A stretch of 52,015 nt of DNA, from assembly GCA_030615175.1 (NCBI GenBank), contig JAUWZX010000001.1:408029-460043 (forward strand). The letters run 5' to 3'. Numbering within the stretch: the first letter of the stretch is position 1; each line of letters opens with the position of its first letter. Under the pieces are notes generated by a model, which saw only the letters and a program-made list of their open reading frames with translations, was not told where the DNA came from and did not search any database. The position numbers were made by a program, and so were the translations under genes. Below, piece after piece: positions 12,354-23,645 of the stretch. Source of the stretch: Candidatus Parvarchaeota archaeon. Its GTDB lineage: Archaea > Nanobdellota > Nanobdellia > WJKC01.

Positions 12354-12490
12354 TTACTTTTTAAATTCTTTATATATTTTATGGAAAGAAAATATTTTTT
12401 GATTACTCTGCTTGGAATCATTATTTATTAATTTTTTTTATAAAGATTTCTATTCAACTGTGATGAGGAACTTTTTAAAATAGTATAAAC

Positions 12491-12679
12491 ATGACTACTC
12501 CTTTAATGGGCGGGCTTGAAAAAATGCTACAGCTTGAGCAGTTAAAGCAGATTATGAAGGCGAATCGCAAGCGTTTCAGGAAGTATGGTAAAGAAGGCAC
12601 CAAAACGTATTTGCAGGCAGTTAGTGATAAAAATGAGGGACAGTATATTACTAAAATTATAAATAATTACATGGCTTAA
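12491..12679 (+). CDS. Small hypothetical protein
   Basis: 62-aa ORF 11 nt upstream of the permuted HAD gene. Confidence 0.45.
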   Translation: MTTPLMGGLEKMLQLEQLKQIMKANRKRFRKYGKEGTKTYLQAVSDKNEGQYITKIINNYMA

Positions 12680-12690
12680 CCTGTTAATTA

Positions 12691-13290
12691 ATGGTTTTAC
12701 GCTCGCAAGTCCATATTATTGGTTCCTCATACATGGCATTAAATGGAGGCTTCAAGCCAGGCATTAACGCTTTTATTAAGTACTTAAAGGAGCATAAAAT
12801 TAAGTCTAAGCGCGTTTTCTTCCTTGGCGACAGATTAGTTGACATGGAATTGGCTGACGCTCTTGCCAATAAATTAAAATTCAAGTATAAAAAGTGCTTA
12901 ATACTGCGCAAAGGAGACCACGGCATCGGCGTGGACCACTGCCATTACCGCGTTAGTAATTTAAGGCAAGCATTCAAGCACTTGAAGAGGTTTAAGCCTG
13001 ACTTAATTCTCTGCGACTTTGATAACACACTTGTTCATAGTTTTTATGATAAGTTATCAGATGATGTTGAGAAAGTCAGGTTCTGGGAACGTTACTGCGA
13101 GAACTGGTTAATAAGATTCATATATGGATTTATAAGCCAGCTTGATTACTTTTTCATACGTCGCAAGTTATTTGACACTGAAAAGGACAATACTGAAGGT
13201 TTCCTTAGAGTGATTGAAACTCCATTAATAATTCACAGCATGAGTCCTGAAACAGTTATTAAAAAGGCGCTAAAAAAGTGCTTTAATTAA
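12691..13290 (+). CDS. Circularly permuted HAD-superfamily phosphatase
   Basis: Motif order is III (FKP), IV (LGDRLVD), I (LILCDFDNTLV), II (IIHSMS). Confidence 0.8.
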   Translation: MVLRSQVHIIGSSYMALNGGFKPGINAFIKYLKEHKIKSKRVFFLGDRLVDMELADALANKLKFKYKKCLILRKGDHGIGVDHCHYRVSNLRQAFKHLKRFKPDLILCDFDNTLVHSFYDKLSDDVEKVRFWERYCENWLIRFIYGFISQLDYFFIRRKLFDTEKDNTEGFLRVIETPLIIHSMSPETVIKKALKKCFN

Positions 13291-13395
13291 ATTAAAGCCT
13301 GGAATCAGGCGGCGTTAATGAATCAGCGAGCATTAAGTTTTTAACTCTAACCTGTGCACACGAACCTGCATTTTTTTTCTCATACAATAAAAAAA

Positions 13396-14924
<1,529 letters not shown>

Positions 14925-15112
14925 TGAATCCTGACTTGATTAATTGTTATTGGGTTAGAGTACTTTTTCCTTTAAGGAAACACCACGGGTGTTCCTTGGA
15001 CTTAATAACACTCTTTAAATCATTAACGCCTATTTCGTAAGAACAATCCTTTAATTGCTTACACATATTACCTGATTGCGTTTCCAGGCAATAATAAGGA
15101 TATTGCGGAGAA

Positions 15113-15120
15113 TTTATAAA
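15113..15120 (-). promoter_or_regulatory. TATA box of the 16S rRNA transcription unit
   Basis: TTTATAAA about 190 nt upstream of the mature 16S 5' end, just past the stop of the UbiA-family gene. Confidence 0.6.
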
Positions 15121-15135
15121 TATTACCCTTTCGTG

Positions 15136-16152
15136 TCATTCCTTTATTCTTATCGTGCCTATTGATAAGTTAATTAGTGCTTCAAGGTCTTTTAAGTCCT
15201 TAATAGGGTAGTCGTATAATGTGTTATTTATTTGAATGAATACTTTAAGTGATTCATTATCCAAGTTTTTAAGTGACAGCGTGCTTAAAGTATCAATTAC
15301 CCTGCCAGTTTCTTCATTAATCTCGCCAACAACTGGCACGTTAAGCAGTAATATGAATACTAATAGCATGAATATGACTAAGTGTATAATTTTTAAGAAA
15401 CCGAAGAATCTTTTAACTTGACTTTTCTCCTTTCTTAAGACTAAAAAGATGAATGATATTGGAATAATTGCTAGTAAAGGAATCTTAAACGGGTAGATTA
15501 TTAATGAAATGAAGAAAGTTATTAGGACTATTGTTGAGAGGGCGATGGATAACTTTAATTTTTTCTTTAAGAATTTAGAAATGTTTGCTATTCCTCTTTT
15601 GTAGATTACGTAACCAAAAATGTATGAAGTGCATAGGCAAGCAATAATCCATGAGGGCAGTAATGTTAAGTTAGTTGTGAATGTGAACCAGCCGCTCGTG
15701 AATTTTAAGAACTGCATTATGAACATGTTGGGGAATAAGTATTTTAAATTGTACTTGAATAACTTTTTAGTTCTTGGAGAACTATGAAGGTAATTCGTTG
15801 CTAGTAATCCAAGCAGTAATAATACGTACCAGCCACCAATCAAGGCTCCAAGCGCTATTCCTGACAGGAATAAGGCAATCATTCTTGAAATAACTTTTTC
15901 CTTAGTCAAGTCGCCTCTTGCCAGCGCCTTATAAGTTCTTTTAATACTGCTCTTCCTGTCCTCTTCATAATCCATTAAGTCATTATAATGGTAGATCGAT
16001 GAGTACGTTAGCAGGAATGCGGTTAAGCCAATAATTAATCTTAATATGTTTAGTTCACCGAATATTATTAAGTAAAAAGAGAATCCTATTAAGTACTGAA
16101 ACGCGTTCTTTGGTAATTGAATCAGGTACGAGTCATTTTTTAATTTCTTCAT
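15136..16152 (-). CDS. UbiA-family prenyltransferase
   Basis: Multi-TM protein with the Asp-rich motif YHYNDLMDYEEDR; substrate not assignable. Confidence 0.8.
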   Translation of the reverse strand: MKKLKNDSYLIQLPKNAFQYLIGFSFYLIIFGELNILRLIIGLTAFLLTYSSIYHYNDLMDYEEDRKSSIKRTYKALARGDLTKEKVISRMIALFLSGIALGALIGGWYVLLLLGLLATNYLHSSPRTKKLFKYNLKYLFPNMFIMQFLKFTSGWFTFTTNLTLLPSWIIACLCTSYIFGYVIYKRGIANISKFLKKKLKLSIALSTIVLITFFISLIIYPFKIPLLAIIPISFIFLVLRKEKSQVKRFFGFLKIIHLVIFMLLVFILLLNVPVVGEINEETGRVIDTLSTLSLKNLDNESLKVFIQINNTLYDYPIKDLKDLEALINLSIGTIRIKE

Positions 16153-16180
16153 TAATTATAAAGAATTGATTTGGTGGTTT

Positions 16181-16405
16181 TTAAGATTTGCGTTTCAAAG
16201 TCATTCTTCTCTCAATTAATTTATTAAAGAATGTCCACGCTAAAAGGTAGAACACCCAGAAACCCAGCGCCCAAAGTAAAACATCTGCTATTAAGTCGAT
16301 TTCCCTGCCTGACATTAATTTTATTAGATTGATGCCAAGAGTAACAGATATAGTAACTGCTGTAGTAATTAGGAATGGATTAACTTTTACTGGCTTCAAC
16401 TTCAT
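16181..16405 (-). CDS. Small membrane protein, two TM helices
   Basis: 74 aa with two hydrophobic segments. Confidence 0.55.
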   Translation of the reverse strand: MKLKPVKVNPFLITTAVTISVTLGINLIKLMSGREIDLIADVLLWALGFWVFYLLAWTFFNKLIERRMTLKRKS

Positions 16406-16421
16406 TGCAAGTGATTAAAAG

Positions 16422-16479
16422 TAATGTGTACTAATAAAGTTAATTATTAATAATGTATATTAATAAAGTTAATTATTAA
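16422..16479. repeat. Two-copy 29-bp tandem repeat just downstream of tRNA-Gln
   Basis: taatgtgtactaataaagttaattattaa / taatgtatattaataaagttaattattaa, 27 of 29 identical. Confidence 0.8.
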
Positions 16480-16486
16480 TGGTGAA

Positions 16487-16582
16487 TAGCCCCGCCAGGA
16501 TTCGAACCTGGGTCGCTCGGTCCAAAGCCGAGAATCAATAGTCTTTCCATTATAGGAAATTTGACCGCTAGACTACGGGGCT
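16487..16582 (-). tRNA. tRNA-Gln(UUG) with a 23-nt intron at non-canonical position 21/22 (intron 16538-16560)
   Basis: Acceptor AGCCCCG/CGGGGCT with A1-U72, anticodon arm CTCGG-CTTTGGA-CCGAG. Removing ATTTCCTATAATGGAAAGACTAT gives a 73-nt cloverleaf. BHB: GGUC/GACU helix with bulges AAA and AUU. Confidence 0.92.
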
Positions 16583-16630
16583 ATATAATGATATAAATAG
16601 TTATAATGTTTTTTAATAGTTTTGGTAGGA

Positions 16631-17263
16631 TTACTTCCGCGTGACTTTTTTCACTGCTTTCTTCTTTGCCTTCTTTTTCACTGCTTTCTTCTTTTTTGGT
16701 TTAATAGTTTCTTCTTTTATGAATTCACGCAGTTCCTTTAATTTGTTAATCTCCATTTTCAATTGATTAATTAATTTCTTATTTTGTATGTTAATCTTTT
16801 TCTCTGAAAAAACTTTCATTGGCTCATAACAATTAGGGCATGAGAAATTATATTCTATTGCAGCGGAGAATAATAATTTCACATCGCACTTCTTGCAATA
16901 GAATTTCTGCTCCTTGGCTGGCGCTTCAAGTTTTGATTTAATTCTTTTAATCTTTAATCTCTTATTTTTGGTTAGGATTTCAAATAATCTGTTTGGGTGA
17001 ATCATCCAGGAGTAAATATACCAGCCCCTGCTCTTCTCCCTTTTCCTAGTGTAACTAACAACTTTGTCCTCATAAAGCTTGTATAATAAGCTTCTGACAG
17101 TGTTAACGTAAATCCCTGAATGCTCGGCCAGGATGAACTCTGATACGTACTTCCTGCCTTTAAGGAGAATCCTGATTAATGCAAGTCCTTCTTCACCAAT
17201 TTTCTGAATGAAGAATTCGCGTGTTGTAGGATTCCCTATTAATTTCTTAAAAACGTCATTCAT
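16631..17263 (-). CDS. tfe: Transcription factor E (TFIIE alpha)
   Basis: Winged helix VRSLLYKLYE...GWYIYSW, Zn ribbon FYCKKC...FSCPNC, Lys-rich tail. Confidence 0.92.
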   Translation of the reverse strand: MNDVFKKLIGNPTTREFFIQKIGEEGLALIRILLKGRKYVSEFILAEHSGIYVNTVRSLLYKLYEDKVVSYTRKREKSRGWYIYSWMIHPNRLFEILTKNKRLKIKRIKSKLEAPAKEQKFYCKKCDVKLLFSAAIEYNFSCPNCYEPMKVFSEKKINIQNKKLINQLKMEINKLKELREFIKEETIKPKKKKAVKKKAKKKAVKKVTRK

Positions 17264-17320
17264 ACAATTAATACTATCATTATAGGGCTTACAGAAATAA
17301 ATACTTTTTTCGTCAGGAAT

Positions 17321-18478
17321 TTATATAATAATGTATGGTCCAATGAGATTCCATAACAGCACTGTTAAGCTGAAACCGTAAATAATGGTTAATACCTTAT
17401 TCAAGTACTTGCCTTTCATTATGTACGCGAGCATGTCATGGACCATTAACCCGCCGTCCAGCCCCCAGACGGGCAGTAAGTTCATTATTCCTACCAGGAA
17501 GTTTATGTTAGCAATCCATAGTAATAATTCAAAGATTATTGTTATGATTGCTAGTAATTGTTCGCTGTACACCATTTTTGTTTCACTTGTGTAGTCCTTT
17601 TCCTGTTTAAGGTATACTCCAATGTATGGTAGTGAATTATTAGCAGGGTTAGGAGCCAGAATGAGGCTTATTTCCTCACCTCCTTTTAGTCTTAGGACTG
17701 CTTCATTACCCACCTTAGCTTTTGTTAGTTCATTGCTAAAGGCAGTGATGTTTAGTGTTTGAACTCCATTAACCCCTATAATCACGTCGCCAATGCTTAA
17801 AGTGGCATTCTCTGCCGGGTAGCCCGGTCTTAGGCTTGAAATCTCAACTCCTGTGTACATCATGTGCTCGTCAAAGAAAGGGATGAATAATTGAGCTAAT
17901 AAGGCGAATATGCAGAAGCTCAGTATTATGTTTGTTCCTGCACCAACACTTGCAATCCTTAACCTCTTTAATTGCCCTGCCTTGTTCATGTCCTCCCTGT
18001 CCGGTTCAACGAAGAATAATGGGAATATGAAGAACATGCCGAACCCTGTGTTCTTAATCCTTAATCCTTCCGTTCTTGCCAGGATGCCGTGAGCGAATTC
18101 ATGGACAATGGCTAGTATTAGGATGCTTGCAATGCCGTAGAATAATGGCACGTATAAAGGGCTTCCGGGTATCCTGATTCCAGGTATTAGCGGTGTTACT
18201 CCTGGCGTTGAACCCGGATTTAATCCTATATTAATTGCGTTATCAATTAATGCGTAGATTAGTATGAACATGAAGTAAAATGTTATTGGTATGCATATTG
18301 TACCGTAAATCTTCCATAGGGTTTTATGCTTTGCTAATTTATCCATCCACTTTATTGGTTTCTTAGTTTTGTAGGCGAGTATTACTTTACCCATTACCGT
18401 GAATTTCTTCCTATTCAAGTAAATAATGACTCCGAGTACTGAGTAAAAAATTATTGCAATAATTAATTCCAAATCCAT
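17321..18478 (-). CDS. Site-2 protease (M50) with PDZ domain
   Basis: HEFAH and NLLPVWGLDGG; likely start MDLELII at 18478. Confidence 0.92.
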   Translation of the reverse strand: MDLELIIAIIFYSVLGVIIYLNRKKFTVMGKVILAYKTKKPIKWMDKLAKHKTLWKIYGTICIPITFYFMFILIYALIDNAINIGLNPGSTPGVTPLIPGIRIPGSPLYVPLFYGIASILILAIVHEFAHGILARTEGLRIKNTGFGMFFIFPLFFVEPDREDMNKAGQLKRLRIASVGAGTNIILSFCIFALLAQLFIPFFDEHMMYTGVEISSLRPGYPAENATLSIGDVIIGVNGVQTLNITAFSNELTKAKVGNEAVLRLKGGEEISLILAPNPANNSLPYIGVYLKQEKDYTSETKMVYSEQLLAIITIIFELLLWIANINFLVGIMNLLPVWGLDGGLMVHDMLAYIMKGKYLNKVLTIIYGFSLTVLLWNLIGPYIII

Positions 18479-18608
18479 CAGGTAATAAACAATAAATGAA
18501 TGGTTATAAATTCTTCTAAAAAATGCAAAGGAATCCTGACGAATTATGCGAGTAATTCTTGGCAAAACTAAAAACTTAATAATTCCTTAATCCTATTTCT
18601 AATTTATT

Positions 18609-20090
18609 ATGGCTGAAGAAGATTTAATGAAAGCAAGGAAGAAGAAGCTTGAAAAATTAAAAGGTTTAGGGATTAATCCTTATCCTAACCGGTATGCTCG
18701 CAGTCATTTAATTACTGACATTATTAAAACATCTAATAATATTAAGCCAGGCATTAAGACCAAGCGCAAGGCAAGTATTGCTGGCAGAGTAATGGCTAAG
18801 CGCGATATGGGTAAAATATTGTTTCTTGATTTAAAGGATGATTCTGGCATGATTCAATTATACATTGATAAGGGCGAAATCACTGAGCTGGACTTTAAGG
18901 TTTTAGAAGAAGTTGATATTGGTGATTTCTTAGGTGTTAAGGGCTTCGTTTACCGCACAAAGAGAAAGGAATTAAGCATCTGGGTTAAGGGTTTATCAAT
19001 GCTTGCCAAATCATTAAGGCCGCTGCCAGCTAAATGGCATGGATTAAAAGACCTTGAGTTACGTTATAGGAAGCGTTATCTTGACTTAATTATGAATCCT
19101 GAAGTTAAGGACAAGTTTGTTAAGAAAATTGGGTTAATTAAATTGTTTAAGGACTGGATGGATGACCATGGCTTCTTGGAAGTGCAGACGCCAATTCTTG
19201 AATTAGTATATGGTGGTGCAATGGCTGAACCGTTCGTCACTCACCATAATGCATTAAATACTGATTTTTATTTAAGAATATCAACTGAGATGTACTTGAA
19301 GCGGTTAATGGTTGGTGGTTTTGAACGCATTTATGAAATTAACACTGTATTCAGGAATGAGGGTATTGATGCTTCTCACTTGCAGGAGATTCCGAATCAT
19401 TTTGAGTTTTACTGGGCTTATCAGACTTATGAGGGCTTAATGAAATTCGCTGAGAACATGATTTCACATGTTTTGAAAAAAGTTTTAGGCACTCTGAAAC
19501 TCAAGTATCAGGGAGTTACTTTTAATTTTAAGATTCCATATAAGCGTGTTAAGTTCAGGGATGTGATATTAAAGGAAACAGGTATTGACATTAATATACA
19601 TAATACTTATGAGAAACTTAAGAAAGAAATAATTAATAAGAAAATTAAGGAAGTTGACCCTAAGAAGTGCCTTCATTATGCTGCATTGCTTGATGAGTTC
19701 TTCAAAAGGATTGTAAGACCTAAAATGATACAACCAGTATTCATAACTCATTACCCCATTGAATTAAAACCATTAGCTAAGCGTAATGAAGTTGATAGGA
19801 CTAAGAGCAATGCATTCCAGTTACTTGTTAATGGATGGGAATTAATTAATGCTTTTGACGAATTGAATGACCCGGTTGAACAGCATGAACGACTGCTTGA
19901 GCAGCGAAGATATTCAGATATGGGTGACAAGGAAGCGCATCCGCTTGACGAGGACTTTATTGGAGCAATGGAGTATGGTATGCCTCCAATGGCTGGGTTT
20001 GGATTTGGGCTTGACAGATTCTGCACTTTAGTGCTTGGTTTTGAGAATATTAGAGGCAGCGTTTTCTTCCCTACACTAAAGCCAGAGTAA
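18609..20090 (+). CDS. lysS: Class II lysyl-tRNA synthetase
   Basis: OB-fold N-terminus, RYRKRYLDL, YGGAMAEPF, FRNEGID, YGMPPMAGFGFGLDR. Confidence 0.96.
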   Translation: MAEEDLMKARKKKLEKLKGLGINPYPNRYARSHLITDIIKTSNNIKPGIKTKRKASIAGRVMAKRDMGKILFLDLKDDSGMIQLYIDKGEITELDFKVLEEVDIGDFLGVKGFVYRTKRKELSIWVKGLSMLAKSLRPLPAKWHGLKDLELRYRKRYLDLIMNPEVKDKFVKKIGLIKLFKDWMDDHGFLEVQTPILELVYGGAMAEPFVTHHNALNTDFYLRISTEMYLKRLMVGGFERIYEINTVFRNEGIDASHLQEIPNHFEFYWAYQTYEGLMKFAENMISHVLKKVLGTLKLKYQGVTFNFKIPYKRVKFRDVILKETGIDINIHNTYEKLKKEIINKKIKEVDPKKCLHYAALLDEFFKRIVRPKMIQPVFITHYPIELKPLAKRNEVDRTKSNAFQLLVNGWELINAFDELNDPVEQHERLLEQRRYSDMGDKEAHPLDEDFIGAMEYGMPPMAGFGFGLDRFCTLVLGFENIRGSVFFPTLKPE

Positions 20091-20097
20091 GAGTTTA

Positions 20098-20883
20098 TTA
20101 CCAGTTCTTGTCAAACATCTGGCTTAGCGCTGTCCCGAATAACCCGCTGTTAAGCCACACGCCAATATCATATTTAGGATGTACTTTCTCGTCATCTAAC
20201 AGCATTAATAATATGCTTTCATCGTCAACCAGCATGAACCTTGCTCTTAACTTTTTAGATTCTTTATGCTCAATCATGCCTACTAATTCATTTACTGCTT
20301 TCTTAACTTCATCATTAATTGGTGACAGTATTTTAATTACCACACCTCTATTCTTAGCCTTCTTTAACATGCTCTTCATTGTTGATAAATTCCTTACTAC
20401 TTCTTTCTCAGTTGTTATTATCTTAATTGTTGACTGGGCTTTCTTAATCATTGACTCCATTTGATTATAAATGCTCTGCCTGCCCCTGAAAGCGCCTGAC
20501 AATTCTGAAGGGCTGTAGAATTCAATGCCTTTCTCGTATAACGCGTTTAATTTCTTAAGAGTTTCAGTTTCCTTTAACTTGTCAAGCATTTTAGTCTTCT
20601 CATCTGCTTTCTTAGTAATTAAATCCTTGAATCTTACAATGACTTCTTCAGGCGGGACTGCAATGTATTGTATTGGCTTGCCTAACTTCATTACTACGAA
20701 TCCCTTCTTCTCAAGGCTTTCTAAAATGTCATAAGCTCTTGAACGTGGGACATTGCTTAAGTCGCTTAATTCTCCTGCTGTTGACACGCCTCTGCTAAGT
20801 AAGTGAACCCAGATATTCACTTCATACAAGTTTAATTCAAACAACCTTCTTAATTCGCCGACTATTTTTTTATCCAAGACCAT
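20098..20883 (-). CDS. TrmB-family transcriptional regulator
   Basis: LNLYE...SNVPRSRAYDILESLEKKGFV HTH plus effector domain. Confidence 0.92.
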   Translation of the reverse strand: MVLDKKIVGELRRLFELNLYEVNIWVHLLSRGVSTAGELSDLSNVPRSRAYDILESLEKKGFVVMKLGKPIQYIAVPPEEVIVRFKDLITKKADEKTKMLDKLKETETLKKLNALYEKGIEFYSPSELSGAFRGRQSIYNQMESMIKKAQSTIKIITTEKEVVRNLSTMKSMLKKAKNRGVVIKILSPINDEVKKAVNELVGMIEHKESKKLRARFMLVDDESILLMLLDDEKVHPKYDIGVWLNSGLFGTALSQMFDKNW

Positions 20884-21030
20884 TACTCTATCAACTCTCT
20901 TTACTACTTGATGATGAAAAAGTGAATCTGAATTTTTATAATTATTGTTTTCATCATGATTTTAACAACTTGAGAGTAATAACATCATCTTATAAATATT
21001 TATATACTGCAGAATATAATTCGCTTAGGA

Positions 21031-22698
21031 TTAACCTTTGATTTTCCCCTGACTTTTATATATACCCTCTACTCTTTCTTTGCTGTCTGGTTCATCCTTG
21101 TCCTGGCGGAAACGGATTAATCGCGGGAAGCGCAGAGCATAACCTGAAGAGTAAGTAGGACTCTTTTGTATTTCTTCATACCCGACTTCAACAATTATTA
21201 ATGGCTTTACTTTAACAGTCTTCCCTTTTTCACTGGTTATTAATGGCTTAAGTTTCTTAGTTATTTCTACGAACTGCTTGTCTGATAGTCCAGTGCCCAT
21301 TTTACCAATACCTAATAATTTGCCGTTACTCTTGCATGCGAGAATGAAGCTTGAAAGCCAGTTAGCGCGCCTGCCCTGACCCCACTCAGCGCCGGTAATT
21401 GTTAAATCAAGAGACTCCATTAATGGCTTAACTTTAATGCCGTAACCAATCCTTGAGCCGGGCTTGTAAGGCATTTCAAGGTTCTTCATCATTACTCCCT
21501 CCTGGTCCTTGCTTAATGCTTTTTTATAGAAATTTTCAGCTTCTTTCTCATCGCCAGTAATTATCTGGTCCACTAATTCAATCTTCCAAGGCACCTGCTT
21601 AATGATTTTCTTAAGAACCTTAATCCTTTCCTTGTAAGGTTTGTTAAAATAATTTTCATCAATGCATTTTAGTATGTCAAAAACATAAAGTACTACTGGC
21701 GTTTCATTCATTAATTCCTTAATCCTGTACTTGCGCTTAATGCGTTTACTAATCTCTTGGAATGGCTTGTAAGACTTAAGTTTAGGATTATAACCCACCC
21801 CCTCGCAGTCAGTAATGCAGTCAACCTTAATTCCTTTTTTAACTGCCTCAACTACTTCAGGGAACATGTTAGTAACATTATCTAACCGTCTTGTGAATAG
21901 CATTACTTTGCTTCCTTTCTTGTGAACTTGAAGCCGTAAGCCATCATACTTGAATTGGATTACGCAGGGCCTGCCAACCCGGTCAAACCCGTTCTTAATT
22001 GTTTTCTCTTTCTGGTAAAGCATTACTTTGACAGGTGAACCGTATGACAGGCTTACATTCTTTAACCCTTTATTACCCTGCTTTGCGCATATTACTGCAA
22101 CTATTGAGTAATCAGTTAATAAATTGTACGCTTTCTCGATTAATTTCTTGTCGCAGTTAAACGCTTGAGCCAGTGCGTCCCTGATAGTGCCTGAACCAAC
22201 GCCAACCCGCAGCGTTCCGAGAATAGTTCTTATAACATATTTTGCTTCTTCAGGGCTTGCCTGCATTAGTAACTCACTAATCAATCCTAATTTTTTGTCA
22301 ATTGTTCCCTTGCCGGCAAACCTGCTCAGGGTTTGCAGGTTATTAATTACTTTGCTCGTTGTTAATTCTTCATGCCTTAACGTGGACTGCTTCTTCTTGC
22401 TTAATGCCTTTTTAGTTGTCAGTCCCAAATCACCTGTTTTCTTCCATGATTTAATAATCTCCGCAGCATTCATGCCTGAAGCGCGGCTTATTGCCTTAAT
22501 CAGCAACTTATTAGCAATTCCTATTACTTCACTGCTGTATTCAGGGAAAACCCTGCCCGTAAGGAGCAGTATTACTTCACTTAATTCATCTTTTCTTACT
22601 TTTTTAAGGAAATTAGTTAATATGCTTGTCATCTCAAGGCGCTTAGTAGTTCGTTCAAGTGATTCAATCATTCCTGCAAGTTCTGAATACTTCATCAA
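21031..22698 (-). CDS. lig: ATP-dependent DNA ligase
   Basis: KYDGLR, EGVMMK, LRVGVG and ALRFPR motifs. Confidence 0.97.
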   Translation of the reverse strand: MMKYSELAGMIESLERTTKRLEMTSILTNFLKKVRKDELSEVILLLTGRVFPEYSSEVIGIANKLLIKAISRASGMNAAEIIKSWKKTGDLGLTTKKALSKKKQSTLRHEELTTSKVINNLQTLSRFAGKGTIDKKLGLISELLMQASPEEAKYVIRTILGTLRVGVGSGTIRDALAQAFNCDKKLIEKAYNLLTDYSIVAVICAKQGNKGLKNVSLSYGSPVKVMLYQKEKTIKNGFDRVGRPCVIQFKYDGLRLQVHKKGSKVMLFTRRLDNVTNMFPEVVEAVKKGIKVDCITDCEGVGYNPKLKSYKPFQEISKRIKRKYRIKELMNETPVVLYVFDILKCIDENYFNKPYKERIKVLKKIIKQVPWKIELVDQIITGDEKEAENFYKKALSKDQEGVMMKNLEMPYKPGSRIGYGIKVKPLMESLDLTITGAEWGQGRRANWLSSFILACKSNGKLLGIGKMGTGLSDKQFVEITKKLKPLITSEKGKTVKVKPLIIVEVGYEEIQKSPTYSSGYALRFPRLIRFRQDKDEPDSKERVEGIYKSQGKIKG

Positions 22699-22732
22699 TA
22701 AATTTATAACAGACTTGTCCTTAAATTCTTTT

Positions 22733-23290
22733 ATGGATGTATTAGAAGCAATACATAACAGGCGTAGTGTAAGGTTCTTTAAGGATCAGAAAGTCAGTGA
22801 TGAAATAATATTTAATGCATTGGAATCTGCTTTGTGGGCTCCGTCAGCAGGCAATGTTCAGGATAAGGAGTTCATAGTGGTTAGGAATGAGGAAAAAATC
22901 CGCAAGTTCGTTGATATTTGTTATGACCAGACATGGGTTGCTAAGGCTCCAGTCATTATTGTAATGGTTTCAAGAATTAACCTGTTAAGGATGAAGTTCG
23001 GTGACAGGGCTGAGCATTACGCGTCCCTGTCAGCTGGCATGGCAGTTGAAAACTTATTATTATCAATTACTGCTAATGGTTTGCAGGGCACTCACGTAGG
23101 ACTCTATGATGAGGATGAGGTTAAGAGGCTTTTAAGAATACCTGAGGACAGAAAGGTTTACAGTATTATAGCGCTTGGCTACTCGCGGGAGGAGACAGTG
23201 GTCCCTAAGAGAGTTAACTTAAAGGCAATAACTTTTTTTGACAAGCATGGCAGGAAGTGGGTTAAGAAAGTGCCAAGGAAGACTTACTGA
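22733..23290 (+). CDS. Nitroreductase-family protein
   Basis: MDVLEAIHNRRSVRFF and WAPSAGNVQ; real start at 22733, not 22187. Confidence 0.9.
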   Translation: MDVLEAIHNRRSVRFFKDQKVSDEIIFNALESALWAPSAGNVQDKEFIVVRNEEKIRKFVDICYDQTWVAKAPVIIVMVSRINLLRMKFGDRAEHYASLSAGMAVENLLLSITANGLQGTHVGLYDEDEVKRLLRIPEDRKVYSIIALGYSREETVVPKRVNLKAITFFDKHGRKWVKKVPRKTY

Positions 23291-23608
23291 CTAATTCATT
23301 AATTTTTTCTCTAATGCAGATAATTCTTTAAATTCTTCTTCAATGCTAATGAAATCATTAACTTTTATGCCTAATTTTTCAGAATCATGAACAAGTTTTT
23401 TTAAAGTATTTAAATAAAATTTACAGAGTCCAATATTAATTTTATCATGACTGCACTCATCATTTATTTTTAATCTGGCTTTATTTTGGTAATATAATTC
23501 AGCAAGTTTTGCGTACTGTTTTGTTAGATTAATCATTGTTACTTGCGAGTTCATAATTAGGTAATAAATCTTTCGTTTATGAAAAAAAAGAAAAAATAGG
23601 AGAAGCAA
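23291..23608 (-). CDS. Hypothetical protein (start uncertain)
   Basis: ORF fills the gap between ftsZ and the nitroreductase gene; no motif recognised. Confidence 0.45.
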   Translation of the reverse strand: MLLLFFLFFHKRKIYYLIMNSQVTMINLTKQYAKLAELYYQNKARLKINDECSHDKINIGLCKFYLNTLKKLVHDSEKLGIKVNDFISIEEEFKELSALEKKLMN

Positions 23609-23645
23609 TTCGTTAAAGTTTGGGGGGGCCTTTAACGAACTGCCT

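Noticed and set aside
18479..18565. N-terminal extension of the site-2 protease
   Set aside because: It covers the divergent promoter region; the TM-led start at 18478 fits better.
22187..22732. Long N-terminal extension of the nitroreductase ORF
   Set aside because: It is the antisense shadow of DNA ligase; the family motif begins at the ATG at 22733.
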